In this document: positions 16,293 to 24,963 of the stretch, piece by piece | How the letters are laid out: the number at the start of each line of letters is the position of its first letter | Position numbering within the stretch: the first letter of the stretch is position 1 | IMG/VR virus record: IMGVR_UViG_3300009082_000005 | Location: 1-55,640 of that record | Direction: 5' to 3' (one strand) | DNA from: a virus | Taxonomy: Duplodnaviria > Caudoviricetes | Length of the DNA: 55,640 bases | Made by a program: the position numbers and the translations under genes | The notes under the pieces: generated by a model | What the model was told of the DNA's origin: nothing | What the model saw: the letters and a program-made list of their open reading frames with translations, nothing else | The model's database searches: none

Positions 16293-17534
16293 AAAATCAG
16301 GATTTGCAATATTAAAAGCTGCATTATAATCAGCATTTTCAGAAAAATCACAGTTTTTACAAATGAATTTTGATTGACTTTTCCTGTTTTCTTTATCTTT
16401 AAATCCACATTTTGAGCATGTTTGACTTGTATATTTAGGATCAATCAATATTACATTTATACCTTCTTTTTCTGCTTTATATGTTATTTTACTTTGTAGA
16501 TCATAATATGTCCAATTTTTTAAAAATAAATTATCTTTTGATATTCCAGATAAATTTTCCATTCTAATTTCTTTACAATTTTCTCTAATGGCTAAATCAA
16601 TTATTCTTTTTGAATATCTATCATTTATTAAATTTCTAAACCTGGAAATTTTATCTGATATCTTTGTAACATTTTTTAACATGCAATTACGCCCACGACC
16701 TTTTCTACCTTTTCCAGCAACTAATAATTGTTGTCTTTTTTTATATCTTTCAGCCTCTACTTTTTTTCTAAATGCTTCTATTTCTCCGCCTGTAATTTTA
16801 TATCTTTTAAGAGTTCCAAAAATAGCCATGTATACAGGATAAATAATACCCATATCTATTCCCATTATGTTTAAACGTTCTACAGAAATTTGTTCAAAAG
16901 AATATGTTAAAAATAACATAAATTTTTTATTTTTTTTGTCATACCTTAATTGGCTTTCTTTTATGCTGTATTTTTCCTCGAAAATTCTTGATAAAATGCT
17001 TCTTTGTGAATTATCAGAAACAATTAAATTAAATAAAAACTTTCCAGATTCTCTGTTAATTTGTTTTTTGTGAACACAAGATAATAAACTTATATCTGCA
17101 AAATATTTTTTATCTTCTTTATGTAAATTAATACTTCTGTTATGTAATGTTATACAATTAGACTTTTTAAAAACACATAAAGTCTTTTCACCTTTGAGAA
17201 TGTCGATTCTATCATTATTAAATCTTCCAATAGCTTTTTTTACTGCACTTGTACGATTAGAACTGCAATTTTGGATATATTTTTTACCTAAAAATGAATC
17301 GATATATCCATCAAAAGTTTTGTAAAATTCAGCTTTTTCACATTTCTGTAGAATTTCATTAGGTTTAGGAAATAAACCATGTTTTTCTTTATAATCTAGC
17401 TTAAATGTAAAAAATTCATATGCTGCATTAATTGCAGTATTCATAACTTTTTTCTGTTCAAACATAAGTTCATGAATTATTTTATATTCACTTTTATTAT
17501 TTAAATATATTTCAAATTTACAAACTGCATTCAT
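16263..17534 (-). CDS. cas12f: Type V-F CRISPR nuclease, Cas12f1-like (TnpB-derived RuvC)
   Basis: RuvC motifs GIDMG, RMENL, NADYNAA; Zn finger CSKC/CKNC; GGEIEAFRKKVE and NWTYYDLQ.KI.YKAE recalled as shared with AsCas12f1; adjacent array. Confidence 0.88.
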   Translation of the reverse strand: MNAVCKFEIYLNNKSEYKIIHELMFEQKKVMNTAINAAYEFFTFKLDYKEKHGLFPKPNEILQKCEKAEFYKTFDGYIDSFLGKKYIQNCSSNRTSAVKKAIGRFNNDRIDILKGEKTLCVFKKSNCITLHNRSINLHKEDKKYFADISLLSCVHKKQINRESGKFLFNLIVSDNSQRSILSRIFEEKYSIKESQLRYDKKNKKFMLFLTYSFEQISVERLNIMGIDMGIIYPVYMAIFGTLKRYKITGGEIEAFRKKVEAERYKKRQQLLVAGKGRKGRGRNCMLKNVTKISDKISRFRNLINDRYSKRIIDLAIRENCKEIRMENLSGISKDNLFLKNWTYYDLQSKITYKAEKEGINVILIDPKYTSQTCSKCGFKDKENRKSQSKFICKNCDFSENADYNAAFNIANPDFGIAGGDLPS

Positions 17535-17543
17535 ATTTTTACC

Positions 17544-17813
17544 TCAATTTCTATTAAAATCATTTTTATTTTTTACAGTATAACTTATATTATAATTTTC
17601 ACCAGTAATTTTTAGAATATTATCTACTATTAAAGAATTATATCTAGTTTCTAAAATTCCTTTTGCAAATTCAGTCGGAACTTCCAAAATAATATTATTA
17701 TGATCAACTTGTAAAGGTATAATTGTCTTTATCCATGTGTTAAAGCTTAGTTCTGATAATTCATTTTTCAATAAATTTAATAATTTTGCCCATAAATCAT
17801 TCAATAAAACCAC
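17544..17813 (-). CDS. Stand-alone DnaA N-terminal domain (domain I) protein
   Basis: LW...L..LK.ELSELSFNTWIK.I.P......IILEVP.EFAKGILE.RY..LI; stops after about 86-89 aa; likely TTG start 17804 after AAGGAG. Confidence 0.85.
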   Translation of the reverse strand: MVLLNDLWAKLLNLLKNELSELSFNTWIKTIIPLQVDHNNIILEVPTEFAKGILETRYNSLIVDNILKITGENYNISYTVKNKNDFNRN

Positions 17814-18005
17814 TCCTTATTTATAAAATACATAAATATTATATACAAAATTTCCTATAATTTAAATTTAGTTAATCGAATAAGAAAAACAAAGCATACT
17901 TGCAAGAAAACAAGTAATGTATTGCAAATGTCAATACAAAGTCTCTTAATCGTGATTGACTTTATAACCAAGTACAACATAAAATTATAATAAAGTGAAT
18001 GGAGA

Positions 18006-18224
18006 GTGATATTTTTGGATAAAAATATTTTGTCAAAAGTTTTAACACTGGCTCAAGTTTCTGAGAAAATAAATACAACAAATCAAAATTTATATGATTT
18101 TATTGATAGGAACAGAATACCAACATACTTGTATGAATACAAAAAAGCAGATAAGCAAAAGAGAGGAGTGTATATATTCCATATTGATTTCTTAGAATAT
18201 TATGAAAAGAATCTAAAAAAATAA
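18006..18224 (+). CDS. Small HTH DNA-binding protein (excisionase-like)
   Basis: VLTLAQVSEKINTTNQNLYDFI; 72 aa; followed by terminator hairpin. Confidence 0.55.
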   Translation: MIFLDKNILSKVLTLAQVSEKINTTNQNLYDFIDRNRIPTYLYEYKKADKQKRGVYIFHIDFLEYYEKNLKK

Positions 18225-18273
18225 ACCTTACTAGGTTTTATTTTTTTTGTAATATAATTGTTATAATATTATA

Positions 18274-18302
18274 TTGACACTTTGTTGCAAGTAAGTTATA
18301 AT
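18274..18302 (+). promoter_or_regulatory. Consensus SigA promoter
   Basis: TTGACA (18274-79), 17 nt, TATAAT (18297-302). Confidence 0.85.
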
Positions 18303-18309
18303 TATAAAT

Positions 18310-18423
18310 GTAAGATGGTTGCTACGAACAACCACCTTACTGAGAAATTCCGGTACGATGTATACTAAAATCCCTAACTAATATTTAGTATACATCGTAC
18401 CTCCAAAAAAATCAATGGAGGTA
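18310..18423 (+). other. Structured 5' leader with 18-bp perfect inverted repeat and anti-SD hairpin
   Basis: GGTACGATGTATACTAAA (18352-69) / TTTAGTATACATCGTACC (18384-401); TACCTCCA (18398-405) pairs with TGGAGGTA (18416-23). Confidence 0.65.
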
Positions 18424-18430
18424 TTTTATT

Positions 18431-18580
18431 ATGTCAAATTATTACATGGAAAACATTGAAGGGTACGAAATGATTCCAGATTGGTACGCAGAGGAATTAG
18501 AAGCTCAAGAATTTGAAACATATCTTAAAACATCAGGTTATTACAACAGTTTTATTCCAGAAATGGAGGTGGCTGCTTAA
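18431..18580 (+). CDS. Small acidic protein (49 aa, not in ORF track)
   Basis: GGAGG RBS; MSNYYMENIEGYEMIPDWYAEELEAQEF...EVAA. Confidence 0.65.
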   Translation: MSNYYMENIEGYEMIPDWYAEELEAQEFETYLKTSGYYNSFIPEMEVAA

Positions 18581-18754
18581 ATGTCAAAATACACAATAAT
18601 ATCAAATAGATATATGAAACTTAGAAAATCCCTTATGTTGAAATGGAACATAGGAAAAATAAAAACACACAGATTCCTAAATACAGGTAATAAACTTTTT
18701 ATAAGGGAACAGGCAGAAAAGAGAATGGCATTAAACAGTTTACTAACAAAATAA
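18581..18754 (+). CDS. Small basic protein (57 aa, not in ORF track)
   Basis: GGAGGTG RBS; MSKYTIISNRYMKLRK... Confidence 0.55.
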   Translation: MSKYTIISNRYMKLRKSLMLKWNIGKIKTHRFLNTGNKLFIREQAEKRMALNSLLTK

Positions 18755-18801
18755 ATGAGAGGGTTTAAACCCTCTCTAAAATAAAATTTCTGGAGGTTAT
18801 T

Positions 18802-19497
18802 ATGATTAATATGGAAAATTCAAATATGAACTATAGCGAACTTTTAAAAGCCAGATTTGATAACGATGACATCGAATGGAGGGTTCAACAATCTGGACTT
18901 GATAAAAATGGAAAACCATGGTGTATGGTTATACCTTTTATACAGGCTAGAGCAATTCAAGAAAGATTAGATGATGTATTTGGTTTTGAAAACTGGGAAG
19001 ATACTTATAGGCAAACAACTAAAAATGGTTGGATATGTACATTGAAAGTTACTGTAAACGGTAAAACAGTTACAAAAGAAAATGGAGCAGATGAAACAAA
19101 CATTGAACCAACCAAAGGCGGAATATCAGACTCTTTTAAACGTGTTGCTTCATCTGGATATGGCATAGGAAGGTATCTGTATAAAGAAAAATTTAGGTTT
19201 GCCGAATGTAGCATAAATAAACAAAATGGATTCACGGAAAAAGCTAAAACAAAAAACGGTACTTATTTTTACTGGAAGATACCAACATTAGAAAATGTAT
19301 ATCAAACAACTCCAGAGCAAGTCAAAAGATTATGCACAATACAAACAAAAGCAAATGTATCAGATGAAATAATTAAAAATTTTATTATGAATGAATTTGG
19401 AATAAACTCAAGAAAAAAACTTAATAATTTGCAGTATGAAGCAGTTATAAAAAAGCTTGAAGCAACTATGAAAACTAACAAAAAGGAAGCCTCTTAA
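18802..19497 (+). CDS. Rad52/Sak-family single-strand annealing protein
   Basis: IEWRVQ, ARAIQERLDDVFG..NW, KGGISDSFKR, YGIGRYLY. Confidence 0.88.
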   Translation: MINMENSNMNYSELLKARFDNDDIEWRVQQSGLDKNGKPWCMVIPFIQARAIQERLDDVFGFENWEDTYRQTTKNGWICTLKVTVNGKTVTKENGADETNIEPTKGGISDSFKRVASSGYGIGRYLYKEKFRFAECSINKQNGFTEKAKTKNGTYFYWKIPTLENVYQTTPEQVKRLCTIQTKANVSDEIIKNFIMNEFGINSRKKLNNLQYEAVIKKLEATMKTNKKEAS

Positions 19498-19516
19498 GAG
19501 GTTTCCTGTGAGGTGA

Positions 19517-20320
19517 ATGATGGCTAAAAAATACTATTGGTTAAAGTTAAAAGATGATTTTTTTAGGCAAAAACAAATCAAAAAATTAAGGAAAATTGCT
19601 GGTGGAGATACATACACGATTATATATTTAAAAATGTTATTACTTAGTTTGCAACATGAAGGAAAATTATATTTTGAAGGTGTTGAAGATGATTTCTCAG
19701 AAGAAATTGCATTAGAAATAGATGAAGAATCGGAAAATGTAAAAGTCACAATGTTGTTTTTACTAAAAAATAATTTAATTAAAGAAGTTTCTACAGATGA
19801 ATTTTTTATGAACTCAGTTCCAAAAATGGTTGGAAAGGAATCTGAAAGTGCTGAAAGAACTAGAAGATACAGGGAAAGAAAGAATTTGATAGAATCAAAA
19901 ACGTCACAATGTGACGGCGATGTGACTTTGTGTGACACAGAGCAAGAGCAAGAGATAGAGCAAGAGATAGAGAAAGAGCAACAACAAGAGCAAAAGTCAA
20001 AACATGTTGTTGTTGTTGAACTAAAGAATAAAATTGAAAATATTATTAATTCTAAAATTACAATTAAGGGAGTAAATTCTCTTTTAGAAAAATCATCTTT
20101 GGAAACAATAAATTATTATCTTGATAACTGGGATAAATTTAAAAATAGGAATAAGGAAAATGTAACAGGATATTTTATAAATGCAGTTATAGATAAATAT
20201 AATATCCCAAAAGAAGAGAAAGGAAAAAGCAAACCAGTACAAAGTACAAATTATGAACAAAGAAAATATGATGATGATTTCTTTAATAATTTGTATGACA
20301 ATATTAAATATATAAAGTAG
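19517..20320 (+). CDS. Phage replisome organizer (replication initiator 2)
   Basis: KKYYWLKLKDDFF...IKKLRKIAGGDTYTIIYLKMLL; ESAERTRRYRER; internal repeats. Confidence 0.9.
   Translation: MMAKKYYWLKLKDDFFRQKQIKKLRKIAGGDTYTIIYLKMLLLSLQHEGKLYFEGVEDDFSEEIALEIDEESENVKVTMLFLLKNNLIKEVSTDEFFMNSVPKMVGKESESAERTRRYRERKNLIESKTSQCDGDVTLCDTEQEQEIEQEIEKEQQQEQKSKHVVVVELKNKIENIINSKITIKGVNSLLEKSSLETINYYLDNWDKFKNRNKENVTGYFINAVIDKYNIPKEEKGKSKPVQSTNYEQRKYDDDFFNNLYDNIKYIK
19903..19992. repeat. Iteron-like repeats, probable origin 2
   Basis: GTCACA followed by TGTGAC at 19910, 19921, 19931, then AGAGCA/AGAGAT tract. Confidence 0.65.
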
Positions 20321-20333
20321 GAGGAATGAGTTT

Positions 20334-20660
20334 ATGAAAATTAAAGAAGCTGACATAGTTGTAATATTTGATATAGGTATGAATGGAGAAATATTAGAAA
20401 GTAATTATGAAGAAAAAGAAGGAATAAATTTTGATGATTTTATAGGTGATAATTTAGGTGATTTAGTAGGAATAGAAGAAGGGCTGAAAGAGTATTTTGA
20501 TACAAAATCATGTTTTTTATTTAATTATAATTATTATGAAGGCAATGGACAATTTGATCCAATTGAATATGATGTATGCTTTGAGTTAGTAGATTCTTTT
20601 ATAATTGAAAAGGACATACATAAATATTACTTAGGAGAAGAAACAAGCAGAGATTTATAA
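20334..20660 (+). CDS. Acidic hypothetical protein (paralogue of 21421..21801)
   Basis: GGAGG RBS; IEYD...F.I..DI.KYY shared motif. Confidence 0.7.
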   Translation: MKIKEADIVVIFDIGMNGEILESNYEEKEGINFDDFIGDNLGDLVGIEEGLKEYFDTKSCFLFNYNYYEGNGQFDPIEYDVCFELVDSFIIEKDIHKYYLGEETSRDL

Positions 20661-20867
20661 AATTATTTAAAAATGAAAATAATACAGAATCTCAAAAGGA
20701 GGATTATGTAAAATGTCAAATAAAAATCATATGAGTATAAAAGTAATCAGTTTTGTAAATTTTGCTAAGAAAAGGTTTAATGATAATAATTTCAATTATA
20801 AAGTTGAATCTGTTGTAATTGGCAATGTGAGATATATAAATTCGGATTATAAGGGAAGTGAAGATAT

Positions 20868-21131
20868 ATGTGTATTGAAATAAAAATAAGTTATAGCTTG
20901 TATAAAAAGTATTCTGATTTACTGGACATAAAATTTAAACGAAGAGATAATCTTTCAAAAGAAAGGGCAAAGTTATTACTAAAAAGACCTGGCAATGAAG
21001 AAGAGCAAAGAATAGTTAACAATGACTTAAACATAGTAAATGACCAAATAACATATGCATCTGGTGAAATAGAAATACTGCGAAAATTTTTAAATGAAAT
21101 CGCAACAGAAAATAAAGAAGGTGGAGTATGA
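20868..21131 (+). CDS. Hypothetical coiled-coil protein
   Basis: 87-aa ORF. Confidence 0.55.
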   Translation: MCIEIKISYSLYKKYSDLLDIKFKRRDNLSKERAKLLLKRPGNEEEQRIVNNDLNIVNDQITYASGEIEILRKFLNEIATENKEGGV

Positions 21132-21424
21132 GGTGTGAAAAGTGTGGATGTGAAATAGATAGGGATATAATACTACAACTTTGTAATTGCTGTTTTGAAG
21201 AATACATAAAAAATTTGGATTTTGAATATTATGAAATGAAGGGAGAAAAGGACATGAGAAAGCATATAAAAAAATGTACAGTAATCGAAAAACTTAATGA
21301 GTACAGCAAAGATACGCTTATTGAATATATTATTACAGAGGGATTCATAAATTTCATGGAATTGGATAGGATTCAGAAAGATATTGAAAAGATGCTAGAG
21401 GGGGAAGCGAGGGAAGAGGTATGA
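21128..21424 (+). CDS. Zinc-finger hypothetical protein
   Basis: CEKC...LCNCC; ATGA coupling. Confidence 0.6.
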   Translation: MRCEKCGCEIDRDIILQLCNCCFEEYIKNLDFEYYEMKGEKDMRKHIKKCTVIEKLNEYSKDTLIEYIITEGFINFMELDRIQKDIEKMLEGEAREEV

Positions 21425-21801
21425 AAAAATGTGATGTAGTGATAACTGTTGATGTGTTCAATGATTCTGAAAGATTTATAAGTGATAGAGTTGAATATTC
21501 TTATGATGTTAAAGACGATTATGATTGTACTGATTCTATAGACATGTTACTTGAAAATTTGATAGATGCTAAAGAAATAGAAGTTGACAATAGATATATT
21601 ATTATTGCTAAATTAGAACAAGAGGAAACATATGATATGGAATATGGAATTGAATATGATGAATACTTAGATGTAATAGAAATATTTTTGATTGATACTG
21701 ATATTTGCAAGAAATATTATATTAATGAATGTGAAGAAGATTTAAAAAGTGATGGAATAAAATTGGTTAATCCTTTTTCACAGGAAGGATGGATAGAGTG
21801 A
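21421..21801 (+). CDS. Highly acidic hypothetical protein
   Basis: 126 aa, D/E-rich; ATGA coupling. Confidence 0.7.
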   Translation: MKKCDVVITVDVFNDSERFISDRVEYSYDVKDDYDCTDSIDMLLENLIDAKEIEVDNRYIIIAKLEQEETYDMEYGIEYDEYLDVIEIFLIDTDICKKYYINECEEDLKSDGIKLVNPFSQEGWIE

Positions 21802-22139
21802 CTATAAAAGAACAATGCAAAAATGATGAAGCTGGAATCAATGTAAGAGTTAGTAAGTATTTTGAGAAGAATTTAGCAGATATGCTTAAAGTATTGGCTA
21901 AAAAGAGAAAGGAAAGATTATGTTTAAAGTAAAAATTAAAGGAAAAGATGAAACTTCGTATTATAAGGTTTATGATGTAGTTAAAGAAAAAAATTATTTT
22001 GCTACTCATATTCATGGTGAGTATATAACTGAATTTTTAATACATGATTTTAAAAATGGATTTCACTGGGTTAATGCGAATTTATGTGAACCAGTATAAA
22101 GTAGATGGAGGTGTAACAGCCTCCAGAAAGGTTTTAAAA

Positions 22140-22319
22140 ATGAGTATTAAAAAAGTAAGTAGAGAAAAATCTCTAAGTATAATTGAAAATAGATTACCTT
22201 TAGGATTATTTTATACAATTGACAATGGAGTTTACATTGGAATTGATAATAAGGACAGCCATGCATGGACAGAAGAATTTAAGTCTCTAGGAAGTTGTAA
22301 AAGATGGTTAATGAGTTAG
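22140..22319 (+). CDS. Conserved small phage protein
   Basis: PLGLFY....YIGIDN....AWTEEF....CKRWL; likely start MSIKK. Confidence 0.6.
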   Translation: MSIKKVSREKSLSIIENRLPLGLFYTIDNGVYIGIDNKDSHAWTEEFKSLGSCKRWLMS

Positions 22320-22336
22320 GAAAGGAGGAATTTTGA

Positions 22337-22585
22337 TTGAATAAATTAATTGTAAAAACATTTTTAAAACATAATCCTCCAGTTAATTATTTTAAATTAT
22401 TAGATAATGCATTATTAATATGGAATGATGAAATAAAAGAAAAAACAGATTATAATTTTGATTATGCATTTACATATGATAGCATTAATGTTTTAAAAGA
22501 TGATAAAGATTATATATATTTAAATTTTGGAGAAGATAGACCACAAACATTAAAATTTAAAAAGAAAAGTAAAAATAAGATGTGA
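22337..22585 (+). CDS. Hypothetical protein
   Basis: AGGAGG RBS, TTG start. Confidence 0.6.
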   Translation: MNKLIVKTFLKHNPPVNYFKLLDNALLIWNDEIKEKTDYNFDYAFTYDSINVLKDDKDYIYLNFGEDRPQTLKFKKKSKNKM

Positions 22586-22609
22586 TTGTGAATTTATACA
22601 GGAGGAATT

Positions 22610-22852
22610 TTGATGGATGATTATGAAATCAAAAAAGCTAATTATTATAAAACTTTAGATGCTGATAAAACTATTCCAAAGTTAAAAATAGGTCAGAAAT
22701 ATATTGGGTTAAAGTCAAATAAAATTTATATTGTTTATTTTAACGATGAAGAACAGAGAATAGCAATGAAAAGAATTGAAAAAAAATCTCATTTTTTAGA
22801 TTGTCATTTAGATATGTTTGAATGGGATTTATTAAGAATAGTAGAAGAATAG
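22610..22852 (+). CDS. Hypothetical protein
   Basis: AGGAGG RBS. Confidence 0.6.
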   Translation: MMDDYEIKKANYYKTLDADKTIPKLKIGQKYIGLKSNKIYIVYFNDEEQRIAMKRIEKKSHFLDCHLDMFEWDLLRIVEE

Positions 22853-22864
22853 GATGGATTTAAA

Positions 22865-23050
22865 ATGAAAAAATTAGGTTACATACACGATGTTGCAAGT
22901 GATATGATTAATATGTTAATTCAGTATAAGGAATTAGAAGAACTAGAAGGCAGCGGAAAAGATTTTGAAAATGAGATATACAAAATTAAAGCAGTCAAAA
23001 AAGATGGAAAAATAATTATTGAAATAGAACAACAACAAAAAGAGCTGTAA
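22865..23050 (+). CDS. Hypothetical protein
   Basis: Last gene before AAAAAGAGC...GCTCTTTTT terminator. Confidence 0.55.
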   Translation: MKKLGYIHDVASDMINMLIQYKELEELEGSGKDFENEIYKIKAVKKDGKIIIEIEQQQKEL

Positions 23051-23070
23051 TGGCTCTTTTTTATACTCAC

Positions 23071-23340
23071 TTAAAATTTTTTGTAAAAATTATTATATAA
23101 ATATTTTTTTATTTTTTCAATTTCATCAAAGTTAAATTTAATAAAATCATTTTCGTTTTCTAATATAAAATAATAATCTCTAAACTCTTTATTTGGATAT
23201 TTTTTATGGATTCCCCATCTACCAGTAAATGAAAAATAATACATTAGGATTCTTTTATTGATATAATATATTGGTTTTACATATCCTTTAAATCCAAAAC
23301 TATCAAAAATTTCAATTAATTGAGTTTCTATTTTTTTCAC
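23071..23340 (-). CDS. Hypothetical protein
   Basis: AGGTGG RBS, GTG start. Confidence 0.55.
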   Translation of the reverse strand: MKKIETQLIEIFDSFGFKGYVKPIYYINKRILMYYFSFTGRWGIHKKYPNKEFRDYYFILENENDFIKFNFDEIEKIKKYLYNNFYKKF

Positions 23341-23357
23341 TAAATACCACCTATATT

Positions 23358-23519
23358 TTAAACATAAAATAACCTTCCTAATAAATTAATGATGCCTGCT
23401 ACAATATAAAAAGGCAACAATATAATAATATAGCATATATAAAAAATTGCAAATATCATGCATATTACAAAGAAAAATAATAAAATTATGAAGAAAAATA
23501 GCCATTCTAATACATTCAT
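23358..23519 (-). CDS. Very hydrophobic 53-aa membrane peptide (not in ORF track)
   Basis: MNVLEWLFFFIILLFFFVICMIFAIFYICYIIILLPFYIVAGIINLLGRLFYV. Confidence 0.45.
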   Translation of the reverse strand: MNVLEWLFFFIILLFFFVICMIFAIFYICYIIILLPFYIVAGIINLLGRLFYV

Positions 23520-23722
23520 ATTGCACCAACTTTTTTAAAGAATTATACCATATATTTTTTTATTTTTATGATATAATTCAGATAGGTTTTTGCCGTTTTA
23601 TCCTGAAAAAACGAGTATTAAATATCTATATATTAAATAATAAATAAAGATGTACAAAAAAAAGCCTTATCCCACATAAGGCTTTTTTGTTGTTTATTAC
23701 ACTTATATTACATAGTATTGTC

Positions 23723-23762
23723 TATTGACTTATATAGTACTTTATAGTATTATATAAGTATA
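23723..23762 (+). promoter_or_regulatory. Promoter, copy 1 of a duplicated 40-nt element
   Basis: TTGACT, 17 nt, TATTAT; 34/40 identical to 27306..27345. Confidence 0.75.
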
Positions 23763-23784
23763 ATATTTGATGGAGGAATGAGTC

Positions 23785-24963
23785 ATGGCATGGTATTATG
23801 GAACATTTTCATGTGGGTGCGAAGGAAGGGTTAATATAATTGGCCCAGTTAAAAACAGGCAATGGATTGCAGACAAAAAGTTTGAAAATCTTTGCGAAGA
23901 ATGCTATAAAAAAGCATTTTTAGAAAAATTGGAAAAGGAGAAAAAGGAAGCAACAGAAAAGGCAAAAGAAATGGAATTGCCTGAATTACAAGGCACAGAA
24001 AAACAAGTACCTTGGGCAAATACAATTAGGCAAAAATTTATAGAAAAAATTGAAAATAAATATATTTATTTTGATAAAGAAGATGACTATTTTAGAATCT
24101 CTGAAATTGTTCTTGATACTAGATATATTTCAAGAACAGCAAAAGAGTTTGATTCAAAAAAATTTTTAAACTGGATATTGGAAAATAAAGTTACAGCAAA
24201 ATTTTATATAGACAATAGGGAATTTTATTCAAGTACTATGAGTAAGATTTTTAAAGAATTTTTAAATGATATTGTTGAAAATAAAATTGAGAAAGAATTT
24301 GAAAAGGAAATTGAAACAGAATTAACAGCATATCCAGAAAATTCAGAATCTTTAGAACCTGTAATTTTGACTATGCGTAAAAATAAAATTACAGCTAAGT
24401 ACAGCAAAGACGATAAATTCAAAGAAATAATCAAATCAAAAGATTTTTGCTGGGATTGGAGTAATTATACCTGGGAATTAATTATAAATAGTAAAAATGG
24501 AACTATAGAAGATAGAATAATCGAAGCAGGAAACAAGCTTCTTAATGCTGGCTTTCCTGTGAAATTTGATAGCATTGAATTAAAAAATAAAGCTATCAAA
24601 GGAGAATACAAAGAAGAAATAACAAAATGGATTGTTTTACTGGAAAATGGAAGATTGGGTATCTGGTTTAAATTTAGAAATGATACTTTATATAAGACAG
24701 CCAAAACAATAAAAAGCTCAAAATGGGAAAGTCCATACATATCGGTTAAAATTGAACATTTTGAAGAAGTATTGGATTATGCAGAATTAAATGGATTTAC
24801 TGTAAAAGAAAATGCAATGAAGACAATAGAAAAATTCAGGGAAAGTATAGAAAAAATTGAAACTGTAAATCCAGAAACAAAGAATACTAGCAATAAAGAA
24901 GTAAATAAGTTAGAAGAAATTTTAAATAGTAAGGATGATATTTTAGATGATCTTAAAGACTAA
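23785..24963 (+). CDS. Conserved phage protein coupled to SNF2 helicase
   Basis: N-terminal SCGC...CEEC, LPELQGTEKQV.WA..IR motif; overlaps helicase start. Confidence 0.75.
   Translation: MAWYYGTFSCGCEGRVNIIGPVKNRQWIADKKFENLCEECYKKAFLEKLEKEKKEATEKAKEMELPELQGTEKQVPWANTIRQKFIEKIENKYIYFDKEDDYFRISEIVLDTRYISRTAKEFDSKKFLNWILENKVTAKFYIDNREFYSSTMSKIFKEFLNDIVENKIEKEFEKEIETELTAYPENSESLEPVILTMRKNKITAKYSKDDKFKEIIKSKDFCWDWSNYTWELIINSKNGTIEDRIIEAGNKLLNAGFPVKFDSIELKNKAIKGEYKEEITKWIVLLENGRLGIWFKFRNDTLYKTAKTIKSSKWESPYISVKIEHFEEVLDYAELNGFTVKENAMKTIEKFRESIEKIETVNPETKNTSNKEVNKLEEILNSKDDILDDLKD

Noticed and set aside
16263-17534. IS200/IS605 or IS607 TnpB insertion element
   Set aside because: No transposase or element ends are seen, while an anti-repeat, leader and array are adjacent
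17544-17813. dnaA pseudogene or captured host oriC
   Set aside because: Clean domain boundary, own RBS, no downstream AAA+ remnant and no cluster of DnaA boxes seen
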